The position numbers and the translations under genes are program-made. Below are positions 11,645 to 21,178 of a stretch of 64,000 nt of DNA, piece after piece. Within the stretch, counting starts at the first letter, position 1; each line of letters opens with the position of its first letter. The notes under the pieces are model-generated. The model was not told where the DNA came from and made no database searches. It saw nothing but the letters and a program-made list of their open reading frames with translations. Source of the DNA: Dehalococcoidia bacterium (GTDB lineage: Bacteria > Chloroflexota > Dehalococcoidia > SM23-28-2 > RBG-16-64-32). The stretch spans positions 416,001-480,000 of the forward strand of contig CAXXTF010000001.1 of NCBI GenBank assembly GCA_963665775.2. The letters are read 5' to 3'.

Positions 11645-13255
11645 ATGGCTGAGTCTATCGATCTGTACGACACTACCCTCCGCGATGGGACCCAGATGGA
11701 AGGGATATCTCTCTCCGTCGAGGACAAGCTGAAGATCGCCCGCAAGCTGGACGAGCTGGGGGTGCACTACATCGAGGGCGGCTGGCCGGGCTCCAATCCC
11801 AAAGACGCCGAATTCTTCGTCCGGGCCAGGGCCCTCGAGTTGAAGAATGCCCGGCTCGCCGCTTTCGGCTCGACGCGACGGGCCGGGGCCAGCGCCGAGA
11901 CGGACCCCAACCTGCGGGCCCTGGTAGACGCCCGCACGCCGGTGGTCACCATCGTGGGGAAGGCGCACGACCGCCACGTGACCAGCATCCTGGAGACGAC
12001 TCTGGAAGAGAACCTGGCGATGATAGGCGACTCCGTCCGCTATCTGAAGGGGCACGGGCTGACGGTCTTCTTCGACGCCGAGCACTTCTTCGACGGCTTC
12101 ACCTCCGACCGCGATTACGCCCTGCGGTGCCTGAGGGCGGCCGCCCAGGCCGGCGCTGACTGCGTCGTCCTCTGCGATACGAATGGCGGCACCCTCACCC
12201 CGCGCGTGGTAGAGGTGGTTCGGACGGCGGTGGTGGAGGCCGGCTGTCCGGTGGGGATCCATGCCCATAACGGGGCCGACGTGGCGGTGGCCAACAGCCT
12301 GGGCGCCGTCGAGGCCGGCGCCACGCAGGTGCAGGCCGCGGCCAACGGATACGGCGATATGTGCGGAAACGCCAACCTGTTCAGCATCATCGCCAATATG
12401 AACCTCAAGGTGGGCCTGGAGGTGATCGGCAGCGAGCGGCTGCGCATGCTCTCTGAAGTATCCCACTACATCAGCGAGGTCGCCAACCTGGCGCCTAACC
12501 CGCGGCAGCCGTATGTGGGCTCCGGCGCCTTCACCCATAAGGCGGGGCTGCACGTGGCGGCGATGGTTAAGGCGGACTGGTCCTATCAGCACGTGGAGCC
12601 GGCCCTGGTGGGGAACGAAACCCGCATCGTAGTCTCCGAGCTGGCGGGCCGGCGCAACATCTTGGCCAAGATGCAGGAGCGAGGGATCGATGTTTCCCTG
12701 AATTCGGACGAGGTGCGCCAGCTCTTGGAGCAAGTAAAGCTTATGGAGAGCCGCGGCTATCAGTATGAGGGGGCGGAGGCCTCCTTCGAGCTGCTGGTGC
12801 GCCGGAGCCGGCCCGGCTACCAATCCCCCTTTGAGCTGGATGATTTCATACTGGTGGAGCGGCGTCACCACACGCCGGGGGAGTCTGGCCGCGAGATGCT
12901 GTCCGAGGCTATGGTGAAGGTCAGGGTCGGGGAAGAGGTGATCCACACCGCAGCCGAGGGCAACGGCCCGGTCAGCGCCCTGGACGCCGCCGTCCGTAAG
13001 GCCCTGTCCCAGTTCTATCCCCTGATCGAGGCTATCAAGCTGGTGGACTACAAGGTACGCATCATCGATTCCGGCGCTGGTACCGGCGCCTCCGTTCGCG
13101 TACTCGTCGAGTCCGCCGACGGCGAGCGCACCTGGACCACGGTGGGCTCTTCCACGGACATCATCGAGGCGTCCTGGCTGGCCCTGGCCGATAGTCTGGA
13201 GTACTGGCTGGTGAAGAGGGGCGGCGAGGAGGGTGCTCGGCAGGGAGATCAGTAA
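11645..13255 (+). CDS. cimA: Citramalate synthase-like DRE-TIM enzyme
   Basis: YDTTLRDGTQMEG, IEGGWPGSNPKD, FFDAEHFFDG, GYQYEGAEASFELL, and a LeuA-type regulatory domain. Confidence 0.85.
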   Translation: MAESIDLYDTTLRDGTQMEGISLSVEDKLKIARKLDELGVHYIEGGWPGSNPKDAEFFVRARALELKNARLAAFGSTRRAGASAETDPNLRALVDARTPVVTIVGKAHDRHVTSILETTLEENLAMIGDSVRYLKGHGLTVFFDAEHFFDGFTSDRDYALRCLRAAAQAGADCVVLCDTNGGTLTPRVVEVVRTAVVEAGCPVGIHAHNGADVAVANSLGAVEAGATQVQAAANGYGDMCGNANLFSIIANMNLKVGLEVIGSERLRMLSEVSHYISEVANLAPNPRQPYVGSGAFTHKAGLHVAAMVKADWSYQHVEPALVGNETRIVVSELAGRRNILAKMQERGIDVSLNSDEVRQLLEQVKLMESRGYQYEGAEASFELLVRRSRPGYQSPFELDDFILVERRHHTPGESGREMLSEAMVKVRVGEEVIHTAAEGNGPVSALDAAVRKALSQFYPLIEAIKLVDYKVRIIDSGAGTGASVRVLVESADGERTWTTVGSSTDIIEASWLALADSLEYWLVKRGGEEGARQGDQ

Positions 13256-13359
13256 ACCGGCTGCCAGGCGGTAGAGACTCGCATTCCGCGTATGATAGGC
13301 TGCCGGGGCTTGGCCGCGGCGAAAATCGAAAAGTCGATAAATAATCCGGATTAGCCACC

Positions 13360-13388
13360 TTGTCAGGCAGCGGCTACCCTGCTATACT
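13360..13388 (+). promoter_or_regulatory. Sigma70-type promoter, with palindrome TAATCCGGATTA (13342-13353) just upstream
   Basis: TTGTCA-N17-TATACT with extended TG. Confidence 0.7.
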
Positions 13389-13424
13389 GCGCCAACGAAC
13401 AGCGCTAAAGGTGGGAGGGATTCA

Positions 13425-13643
13425 GTGGTAGAGGTGAACGGTTTTCCCAAGTGTCAGAAGTGCGAGACAGGTGACCTTGTGCCTTTGTCGGATTTTGGCA
13501 GCCAGGGGGCAGCCATCCACTTCAAGGCCTGGGCCTGTATCAATCCCTCGTGTGGATTCAACATAAAGATCCGGAACGGCGACCTGTACGTCGATGAGCC
13601 CATCTCCAGCGGCGCCATGCACAACCCCCGCGTCCGCGCCTGA
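13425..13643 (+). CDS. Small zinc-ribbon protein (72 aa)
   Basis: CQKC...CINPSC metal motif. SD GGAGG and its own promoter. Confidence 0.78.
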   Translation: MVEVNGFPKCQKCETGDLVPLSDFGSQGAAIHFKAWACINPSCGFNIKIRNGDLYVDEPISSGAMHNPRVRA

Positions 13644-13819
13644 TCCTCCGCCTGGGTACGCAGAGCCCCGCGTCGTCGTGAGCCTGTCTCAAGGGCCCGA
13701 GTGCTGGGCTCTGGCTCCCGGCTAGCCTTGTCACAGAGGCGCGGCTGGGAGCGTCTGTATTTAACGGCGGCGTGGTTTGACGCGTTAGTACTATTGTGGT
13801 TTGCAAGCGGAGGTGGATA

Positions 13820-16800
13820 TTGGGAAGGGCGGGCGCTGGTGTAGCGGCGCTATTGATGCTGGTCGTCGCTGTCTTTCTGCTCTCGCAGAGCGGATCACGA
13901 CCCGCGCACGCGGCCTCCCTATGTGCCGAAACCGGCAGCCCGTTCGGGCCGTTCGATATTCAGTCCTACGAGGCCGAGGACTGGCTCACCACCTACGGCG
14001 CTAGCCTGGAGCTGGCGGGGTTCAATGCCCTCTTCCCTGAACTGCCCGGGTTCGCTGTGCCCCCGTTGGAGGGCGGTCCGCGCGCCGCCGGCTCGGACGA
14101 TCTCGTGGAGCCCTACATCCCGCCAATCATCCTGAAGGGGATCGCCTGGCTGGAGAGCGCCTGGATGCAAGCGGACAGCGAGGTTCCCTGGGGCGAGGTC
14201 GGCCCGGTTCTCGTTTCCCCGGACTGTGGCTACGGCATCATGCAGGTGACAACGGGGATGCAGAACATCTCCGGCGTGCCGAACCTGGAGCAAGCGATGA
14301 TCGGCGGGCACTACGCGTTCAACGTCGCTCGCGGCGCCCGCATCCTGGCCGAGAAGTGGAACCTGGCGCCGGAGGCCCGTCCCCAGGTTGGGGAGCGTGA
14401 TCCTACCGTAGTGGAGGAGTGGTATTTCGCCATCTGGGGATACAACGGCTTCGCTTTCCAGAACCACCCTCTTAACCCAGCCTACGCAGCCTGGCCACGC
14501 CTTCCTTTCAGCTGCGGACCGGAGGAAGACGGCTTTGGGCACGACCGCTCGCTCTATCCGTATCAGGAGATGTTGCTGGGTTGCCTTGAGCGGCCGCCGC
14601 TAGGGGCCGTGGTTGACTTGTCGCCGGACAGCGAGCTGGGGCCGGAAGACCCGATATGGGAGCCGCTGGAGGTGCACCTGCCGGACCTGTCGGAGCCGGA
14701 AGTGGCCGGCCCGCTGCAGCTAGATAACTGGAACTCGTGCGCCCTGGACCTGGATTGCGCCGCCATGGATATCGCCACGCCTAACCCTTTCCACGGCGAT
14801 CCGATAGCTCCAGACGTAGCCCGGGAGGACGTCATCGGCAGCCCCGTCCTTTCCGTCTCTGGTGGCGATCTGTCTCTCGTAGCCGTACCGGGCGATCGGA
14901 GTTCCTCGGTGTTGGTAACCATCTCCAACTCTGGGACGGGCGTACTGGCCTGGCGGTTGGCGCCTTCGGCTTTCTGGCTCAGGCTTTCAGCGGTGCAGGG
15001 AGTCTCCTTGGGATCGGACCTCGGGGGCCACAGTGCGAGCTTCACGGTTTGGGCCGACGCTGGGCTGCTCCCGCCGGGCATTCACATCGCCCAGATCATC
15101 GTGGAGTCGCTATATGCCGGCGGTGCCCCAGGGGTGATCACCGTGACGCTGCAAACCACGGCCGCCGGCCTGATCGAGGCAACCGATGGCACGCTCTTTG
15201 CGCTTCAGGGTGGCTTGAAGCGCATCCTCCCTGACGAAGCTACGTTCGAGGCCTTCGGCTTCTCTCAGGGGGACGTTGTCCCCGTATCCGATGCCTACCT
15301 GGCAACGGTGTCCACCGGTCATCCCCTGCCCAGCGTCCTGGCCGCGGGACGCCTGATCCGGCCGCCGGGGGAGGCAGGGACGGCCTACATCATGGACGGG
15401 GGCGCCAAACGGGAGGTGACCAGCCCGGAGCTGCTCTCTCTCTGCGGCTATGGTGCGGATGCTCTAGCCACCTTGTCTGAGGCCACGGTCAACGCCATCC
15501 CCGATGGGCCGCCGCTCACCGGCCGTCCCTGCCCGCGACTCTCCTTCGCCGACGGCACGCTTTTGCAGGGGGTGGATGGATGGTTGTGGCTGGTGCAGGA
15601 CGGCGCTCGCAGACAGATCATCAGCGACAATGCGTTCCTGGAGTGCGGATTCCGATGGGGAGACGTTAACAACCTGGCAGATAGCCTCATTATCCAGCTA
15701 TCGGTGGGACCCAGCGTGTACGGCTGCTCCGACGACGGGTCTCTCCTTATGACCAGCGATGGCAGCATGTATGTGGTTCGGGCCGGGCTGGCGCGATACA
15801 TCCCGGACTCGGCCACCTTCGAGGCGGCTGGTTTCGATTGGGAGAACGTGTTGCCCGTGGGTTACCTGGGGCTCCCCCTCGGCGAGCCGCTCCTCAGCGT
15901 GCTGGCGACCGGACGGCTCATCCAATCCGAGGCCCAAAGCGCTGTTTACGTTGTGGATCAAGATGTGAAGAGGCGAATTCCCGGCCCGCAGACCCTTGCC
16001 GCCTGCGGGTATAGCTTGGAGGCGGTGACCGTACTCTCCGCGGCGATCGTCGATTCGATCCCTTCCGGCCCATCGGTCGAGGCTCCAGACTGCCCCCTCC
16101 TCACCTTCACCCCCGGCACCCTCCTTCAGGACCCGAGCGAGAACGTGTGGGTGACTATGGGCTCCACCCGAAAGTTACTGAGCAGCCCGGAGGTCCTGGC
16201 CGGTTGTGGATATCTGATCGGGAACGTTAATCCGGTGTCGGAAGCGATCCTGGCTAGTTTGAGCCTGGGGACAGCGGTGACGACCTGCAGCGCTGATGGC
16301 TCCCTTTTATGGAACAGCGATGGGAAGGTGTACGTAGTGCGCGCTGGCTGGAAGCGACTGGTGCCGAACCCGGCCACTTTCGAGGCGCACGGGTTCTCCT
16401 GGAGCGATGTGGTGCCCGTTCCGGATGATTGGCTGCCTACAGGCAGTGTCCTGCTGGATGTGACAGCCACAGGCTGGTTGATCCAGCCGCTGGGCGGCGC
16501 CGCCATATACGTCATGGAGGCAGGGGCCAAGCGGCTTATCAACGGTCCTGCGGCTTTGGCCTCTTGCGGATACGATCCGGATGCTGCTAGCGTTCTCTCG
16601 GCTGCCACGGTGGACGCACTCCCCGCAGGGGCGCAGTTGGACGGGCCTCCCTGCCCCAAGCCATTGTTCTCGGACGGCACCTTACTCATCGGGTCGGACG
16701 GGCAGATGTGGGTCATCCAGGGAGGGCAGCGGAGGTGGATAGCAACTGTCGCCGTCATCTCTAGCTGCGGTTACGCCTGGGCCAACTTGAATACGGTGGC

Positions 16801-16861
16801 GGACAGCATGATCGAGGGTCTGCCTGAGGGGCCCGAGCTGCTGGGGCCACCCTGCCCCTGA
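13820..16861 (+). CDS. Large secreted protein: lysozyme-like/SLT domain, BACON-like domain and nine ~60-aa repeats
   Basis: Signal/TM helix, then IAWLES...GYGIMQV...ARILAEKWN...WGYNG (transglycosylase-like), then ISNSGTGVLAW...WL (Ig/BACON-like), then repeats G.L....DG.vY....G.kR. SD GGAGGTG before TTG 13820. Confidence 0.8.
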   Translation: MGRAGAGVAALLMLVVAVFLLSQSGSRPAHAASLCAETGSPFGPFDIQSYEAEDWLTTYGASLELAGFNALFPELPGFAVPPLEGGPRAAGSDDLVEPYIPPIILKGIAWLESAWMQADSEVPWGEVGPVLVSPDCGYGIMQVTTGMQNISGVPNLEQAMIGGHYAFNVARGARILAEKWNLAPEARPQVGERDPTVVEEWYFAIWGYNGFAFQNHPLNPAYAAWPRLPFSCGPEEDGFGHDRSLYPYQEMLLGCLERPPLGAVVDLSPDSELGPEDPIWEPLEVHLPDLSEPEVAGPLQLDNWNSCALDLDCAAMDIATPNPFHGDPIAPDVAREDVIGSPVLSVSGGDLSLVAVPGDRSSSVLVTISNSGTGVLAWRLAPSAFWLRLSAVQGVSLGSDLGGHSASFTVWADAGLLPPGIHIAQIIVESLYAGGAPGVITVTLQTTAAGLIEATDGTLFALQGGLKRILPDEATFEAFGFSQGDVVPVSDAYLATVSTGHPLPSVLAAGRLIRPPGEAGTAYIMDGGAKREVTSPELLSLCGYGADALATLSEATVNAIPDGPPLTGRPCPRLSFADGTLLQGVDGWLWLVQDGARRQIISDNAFLECGFRWGDVNNLADSLIIQLSVGPSVYGCSDDGSLLMTSDGSMYVVRAGLARYIPDSATFEAAGFDWENVLPVGYLGLPLGEPLLSVLATGRLIQSEAQSAVYVVDQDVKRRIPGPQTLAACGYSLEAVTVLSAAIVDSIPSGPSVEAPDCPLLTFTPGTLLQDPSENVWVTMGSTRKLLSSPEVLAGCGYLIGNVNPVSEAILASLSLGTAVTTCSADGSLLWNSDGKVYVVRAGWKRLVPNPATFEAHGFSWSDVVPVPDDWLPTGSVLLDVTATGWLIQPLGGAAIYVMEAGAKRLINGPAALASCGYDPDAASVLSAATVDALPAGAQLDGPPCPKPLFSDGTLLIGSDGQMWVIQGGQRRWIATVAVISSCGYAWANLNTVADSMIEGLPEGPELLGPPCP

Positions 16862-17035
16862 ATGGCGCCTCTGCCCCCGGCCAGCGGCTCGATCCGTGCT
16901 GCTGGAACCTCGGGTCGGGAGCGACGCTCCTGCGCCCTCGCCGAGTGAGCTGAGGTCGGCGCACCGCCGACTCACGTTCCCCATGCTCCTAAGGGGATCG
17001 AGATGGTTGAGTTCGAGGCTTGATAGGAGGGGTTC

Positions 17036-18013
17036 ATGGCCAGAGACCTGAGCGATCTACCGTCGTGGGATCAGCTTCCGGTGAAGGAGGGCGCGCCCAA
17101 GGGCTCGTCCTGGGGGCTCTTCGGCGATGATGACCAGCTGGGATGCATTAACCTGCTGACCCCGGAGCGAGTGCTGGAGGCCGCTCGCCTGGTGCGCAAG
17201 GGCTCTGTCTTCCCCCTGAACCTGCGCATCGATGAGCCCAACCCGCCCCTGTTCGGCCGCCGCGCCCCAGAGCATCACCTGATGGGGCTGGGTGGCGGCG
17301 TGGGTATGGACGACTATCTGGACAGCTTCTTCCCCCAAGCCTCCAGTCAGTGGGACGGACTACGCCACATCCGCCATCCCAAGGACGGTTTCTACAACGG
17401 TGTAAACGATGAGGACGTAAGCCAGGAGGAGGGCTCCAAGCTGGGCATGGAGAACTTCGCCCGGCGCGGTATCGTGGGTAGGGGAGTCCTGCTGGACCTA
17501 GAGCGCTACTTCCGGGAGCAGGGGACACCGCTGGAGGCTCGCAGCTCGACGATGATTCGCAGAGACAGTCTGGACGCCTGCGCGCAGGCCCAGGGGGTGC
17601 AGGTCAAGCCCGGCGATGTGTTGTTGTTGCGCACCGGCTGGCTGCGCTGGTACCTGGAAGAGGCTACGATGGAGCAGCGCCGGGAGATGGCCGGCGAGGT
17701 CGCTGGAGGCGCCCTTCTCTCCCCCGGCATCGGCCCGGCCGATGAGATGGCGGAGTACCTCTGGAACCGGCACGTGGCCGCCGTAGTCGCCGATAACCCG
17801 GCCGTGGAGCCGATACCGCCGGCTCCGGGAGCGGGATTCATGCACTTCCGCCTTATCCCCCACCTGGGCATGCTTATGGGTGAGCTGTGGTATCTGGAGG
17901 AGCTGGCGGCGGACTGCGCCCAGGATGGTGTGTACGAGTTCCTGTTCACGTCCGCCCCGCTGAACGTGCCCGGCGGCGTGGGCTCGCCCTCTAACGCTCT
18001 GGCCGTAAAGTGA
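17036..18013 (+). CDS. Cyclase-family (kynurenine formamidase-like) metal-dependent hydrolase
   Basis: SWGLFGDDDQLG, SSQWDGLRH, GRGVLLD, GDVLLLRTG, GVGSPSNALA. Confidence 0.88.
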   Translation: MARDLSDLPSWDQLPVKEGAPKGSSWGLFGDDDQLGCINLLTPERVLEAARLVRKGSVFPLNLRIDEPNPPLFGRRAPEHHLMGLGGGVGMDDYLDSFFPQASSQWDGLRHIRHPKDGFYNGVNDEDVSQEEGSKLGMENFARRGIVGRGVLLDLERYFREQGTPLEARSSTMIRRDSLDACAQAQGVQVKPGDVLLLRTGWLRWYLEEATMEQRREMAGEVAGGALLSPGIGPADEMAEYLWNRHVAAVVADNPAVEPIPPAPGAGFMHFRLIPHLGMLMGELWYLEELAADCAQDGVYEFLFTSAPLNVPGGVGSPSNALAVK

Positions 18014-18096
18014 GCTGTGCGACGATGGCGTATGCCAGGACACCCTTTGAGGTAGAGGAGGGAGCGGTGAATGATGGGGTGAAGGGGGTCCGGGAG

Positions 18097-18999
18097 ATGA
18101 CGGCTGCGCTGGCTGGCAACTGGGTCTGGATATGGAACTGGCGTCGCTGCGAGGGCGGCGACCCGGCGCGGGTGGCGGCTCGCCTGCAGGCCGCCGGCTG
18201 TAGCGGCGCCCTGGTCAAGGCCTACGATGGCGCCCGCTGGTTCGATCAGGGCGTTCCCTGGCGTGAGATCGCCCGCGCTCTCCGGACCCACGGTCTGGCT
18301 GTCGGCGGCTGGGGCTACCACTACGGCAAGGATATCGCGGGTGAGGCCCGGCGGGCCATAGAGACGATGGAATACGGCGAGGCCGACCTCCTGGTGCTGG
18401 ATGTGGAGTCCGAGTTCGAGGGACGCCCGGCGGCGGCGAGGGAACTCTCGGAGCGCCTCCGCGATGCCGTAGGCGCCGGTTACCCCCTTTACTTCAGCAG
18501 CTTCGCCATCCCCCGCTACCACCGCTCGTTCCCGTACGATGAGTTTCGTCGGCACGGCATCGGCACCGCGCCCCAGCTCTACTGGAACGCCTTCGGATGG
18601 CCGATGGAGCAGGCGCTGGCCCGGATGTACGAGGGGTACGCTGACCTGGGGTTCGGGCCAGAGGAGACGTTCCCGGTGGCCGGCCCGGCCTCAGGGGATG
18701 GGGAGGAGATCTCCAGCCGGGAGTTTCAGCAGGTGAACCGCTCCCTGGCGGTGTTGACGGGGCGGGTCGAGCGGCTGGAAGCGGAGGTCAGCGCTCTCGG
18801 AGGGTCGGCGGCCATCGCGCCCAGAATATACACCGTGAGGCCAGGCGACACCCTCGCCGCGATCGCCGATCACCTCGGTCTTGCCGGCTGGCAGGCGCTG
18901 TACGAGGCGAACCGCGACGTCATCGGCGGGGACCCTAACCGCATCCGGGCCGGGCAGTCGCTTGTCATCCCCTCGCTCCCTACGCCAAGCTCAGGGTGA
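18097..18999 (+). CDS. GH25-like glycoside hydrolase with coiled coil and LysM
   Basis: VKAYDG, GGWGYHY and LVLDVE (DxE) motifs, with a C-terminal LysM (YTVRPGDTLAAIA...IRAGQSLVIP). Confidence 0.72.
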   Translation: MTAALAGNWVWIWNWRRCEGGDPARVAARLQAAGCSGALVKAYDGARWFDQGVPWREIARALRTHGLAVGGWGYHYGKDIAGEARRAIETMEYGEADLLVLDVESEFEGRPAAARELSERLRDAVGAGYPLYFSSFAIPRYHRSFPYDEFRRHGIGTAPQLYWNAFGWPMEQALARMYEGYADLGFGPEETFPVAGPASGDGEEISSREFQQVNRSLAVLTGRVERLEAEVSALGGSAAIAPRIYTVRPGDTLAAIADHLGLAGWQALYEANRDVIGGDPNRIRAGQSLVIPSLPTPSSG

Positions 19000-19003
19000 G
19001 CCG
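18978..19003. mobile_element. Degenerate REP-like element supplying the C-terminus and stop of the LysM gene
   Basis: CCCTACGCCAAGCTCAGGGTGAGC. Its reverse complement CACCCTGAGC...CG.AGGG matches the family. Confidence 0.5.
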
Positions 19004-19249
19004 CGGAAGCAGCAGGTGTGCGTGAGTCCGGCCGTTCGCCATCCTGCACATCGGCTAGCGCTCCGCCACTGACGTCGTCTTCGTCCTGGTCATCGCCCTC
19101 GTTTACGGGTGGGTTGAGTGGAGGGCGGGGTCTATAATGGGCGTCAGTGTGTCCCAGCGGGTCAACGACATCATATCGTTCTTGGCGGCGCTCTTCGGTC
19201 CGACCCTCAGGGCGGCACCGGATCGGTTGAGGCTGCTGGAGGAGGCTAC

Positions 19250-20479
19250 GTGCCAAAGACGTACGACTGCGACGTGGCGGTGATTGGGGCCGGGCCGGCG
19301 GGTTCGCGAACGGCCCGCAACATCGCGGCCAGGGGGTATCGCGTCAAGCTTCTGGAGGGGCACCGCCGAATAGGCGTCCCGTCCCACTGCTCCGGCCTCA
19401 TCAGCCGTCGCACCCTCACGGAGGCGGAGATCGGCGAGGAAGCGGTTCTCCACCGGGTCACCGGTGCTTACATCCACACCGCCGGCGGCAGCGAGCTGGC
19501 CCTGGGTGGGGAAGAGGTTCGGGCCGTGGTCATCGACCGCGTGGGCTGGGACGAAACGCTCTGCCAGCAGGCCCAGACGGCGGGTGCGGAGCTGGTCCAG
19601 GCCCGGCTGCTGCAGGCACGACGCGAGAATGGCGGGCTGCGGCTAGACGTGCTGAGCGATGGGCGCGCCCGCTCCCTGACCGCCCACCTCCTGATCGGCG
19701 CCGATGGTGCTCATTCGCGGGTGGCCCGCAGCTTGGGCCTCCCTGGACCCCGCGAGAAGGTCTACTGCCTGGGGATCGAGGGCCGCCTGCGGCTGCCGCG
19801 GGAGGAGTTCGTCCACGTCTTCGTGGGTCGCACGCTGGCTCCCGGCTGGTTCGGATGGATCATACCCACGGGCGGCGACCGGGTCCGTGTGGGTGTCGGC
19901 GTCCAGAGCGGCGACAAGCCCATCAACTGCTATCGGCGTCTCTCTGATAGCTTTCCGCACCTCTTCCAGAACATCGAGCCGTGCCGCTTCTACGGCGGGA
20001 CGATCCCTCTGGACTTCGCGCCTCGCTCCTACGGAGAGAACGTTCTGCTGGTGGGCGACGCCGCGGGCCAGGTGAAGCCCTTCTCCGGCGGTGGGATATA
20101 CACCGGCCTGGTGGCCGCCCGCCACGCCGCCGCCACGGCTGTCTCCGCTCTGGAGGCCGACGACCTGAGCGCGCCGTCTCTGGCCCGCTACGAGACGGCC
20201 TGGAAGCGCGAGATCGGCCGCGAGCTGGCCCGCAGCCTCAGGATACGCCACTTCGGTCTCGCCCTGAGCGATTCTGACTTGGAGCGGGTGATGGGCACCC
20301 TTCATGATGAGGGGCTGCAGGCGCTGGCGGCCCGTCACGGCGATATCGACTACCCGTCGCGGGTAATCCTGCGTCTGGCCCGCTCCCTGCCCGCTCTGGG
20401 CTTGTTGGCCTGGATGTCCTTTCGGCGACCTCGGGCCACCTGGAACCTCCTCAGGGCGCATCTGACCCTGGGCGGTTGA
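19250..20479 (+). CDS. Geranylgeranyl reductase family FAD oxidoreductase
   Basis: VIGAGPAG, HCSG, IGADG, WFGWIIP, LVGDAAGQVKPFSGGGI. SD GGAGG before GTG 19250. Confidence 0.88.
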   Translation: MPKTYDCDVAVIGAGPAGSRTARNIAARGYRVKLLEGHRRIGVPSHCSGLISRRTLTEAEIGEEAVLHRVTGAYIHTAGGSELALGGEEVRAVVIDRVGWDETLCQQAQTAGAELVQARLLQARRENGGLRLDVLSDGRARSLTAHLLIGADGAHSRVARSLGLPGPREKVYCLGIEGRLRLPREEFVHVFVGRTLAPGWFGWIIPTGGDRVRVGVGVQSGDKPINCYRRLSDSFPHLFQNIEPCRFYGGTIPLDFAPRSYGENVLLVGDAAGQVKPFSGGGIYTGLVAARHAAATAVSALEADDLSAPSLARYETAWKREIGRELARSLRIRHFGLALSDSDLERVMGTLHDEGLQALAARHGDIDYPSRVILRLARSLPALGLLAWMSFRRPRATWNLLRAHLTLGG

Positions 20480-20689
20480 GAAATTGATCGCCTGCCCGTA
20501 GGAGAGGCAGGCGGTCACGTTCACCCGGTTTCCCGGCATCTCCAGCTCCCTGACGGCTCCCGCTTTGCAGCGGTGATTTGCTAGGGTAATTCCGGCTTAT
20601 CGCTTTATCGATAGAGGATCATAAGAATCCCAAATCCAGGAGCGGCGTCCTGCGGCTACAGATCCCCCATGCTATAATCCCGCCAGACC

Positions 20690-21178
20690 ATGGCCGCTAC
20701 CGGAGAAGCCGCCCAGGCCAGCGTTCAGCCGGCTGCCCCTCTTCCCTACGCCAGCCTGCCACTGCGCGTCGTCGCCGCCGTCCTGGACAGCATAGCTCTG
20801 ATCTTCTTTTTCATGCTGTTCGTGGCTGTAGGCGGCCTTCAGGTCTGGCTCCGCAGCGATCACTTCGATCGTGATCCGCCCGTATCCGCGATCGAGGTAT
20901 GGGTGATCTTCATGCTGGCCTTCATACCGTTCGCCGTTCTCTACTTCATCCTGCCGTGGCTCTGGAAGGGACAGAGCGTAGGGATGGCGGCAGTGCACAT
21001 TAAGGTGGCGCGCCGTGATGGTGGGCCTCTCTCCCTTGGCCGCGCGGCGGCGCGCACCCTGGCCTGGCCCCTGAGCATCCTCCCCCTGGGTCTGGGCCTG
21101 GTCACGATCGTCCTGGACCGGGAGAAGCGGGCCCTCCATGACTACCTGGCCGATACTACCGTGTTCGAACTGCCGTGA
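20690..21178 (+). CDS. RDD family membrane protein
   Basis: YASLPLRVVAAVLD, GQSVGM, RALHDYLADTTV. Confidence 0.88.
   Translation: MAATGEAAQASVQPAAPLPYASLPLRVVAAVLDSIALIFFFMLFVAVGGLQVWLRSDHFDRDPPVSAIEVWVIFMLAFIPFAVLYFILPWLWKGQSVGMAAVHIKVARRDGGPLSLGRAAARTLAWPLSILPLGLGLVTIVLDREKRALHDYLADTTVFELP

Noticed and set aside
16862-17035. Hairpins GGAGCG-A-CGCTCC and GTCGGCG-cac-CGCCGAC before the cyclase gene
   Set aside because: They are single-copy short stems, indistinguishable from a terminator or chance at this GC content.
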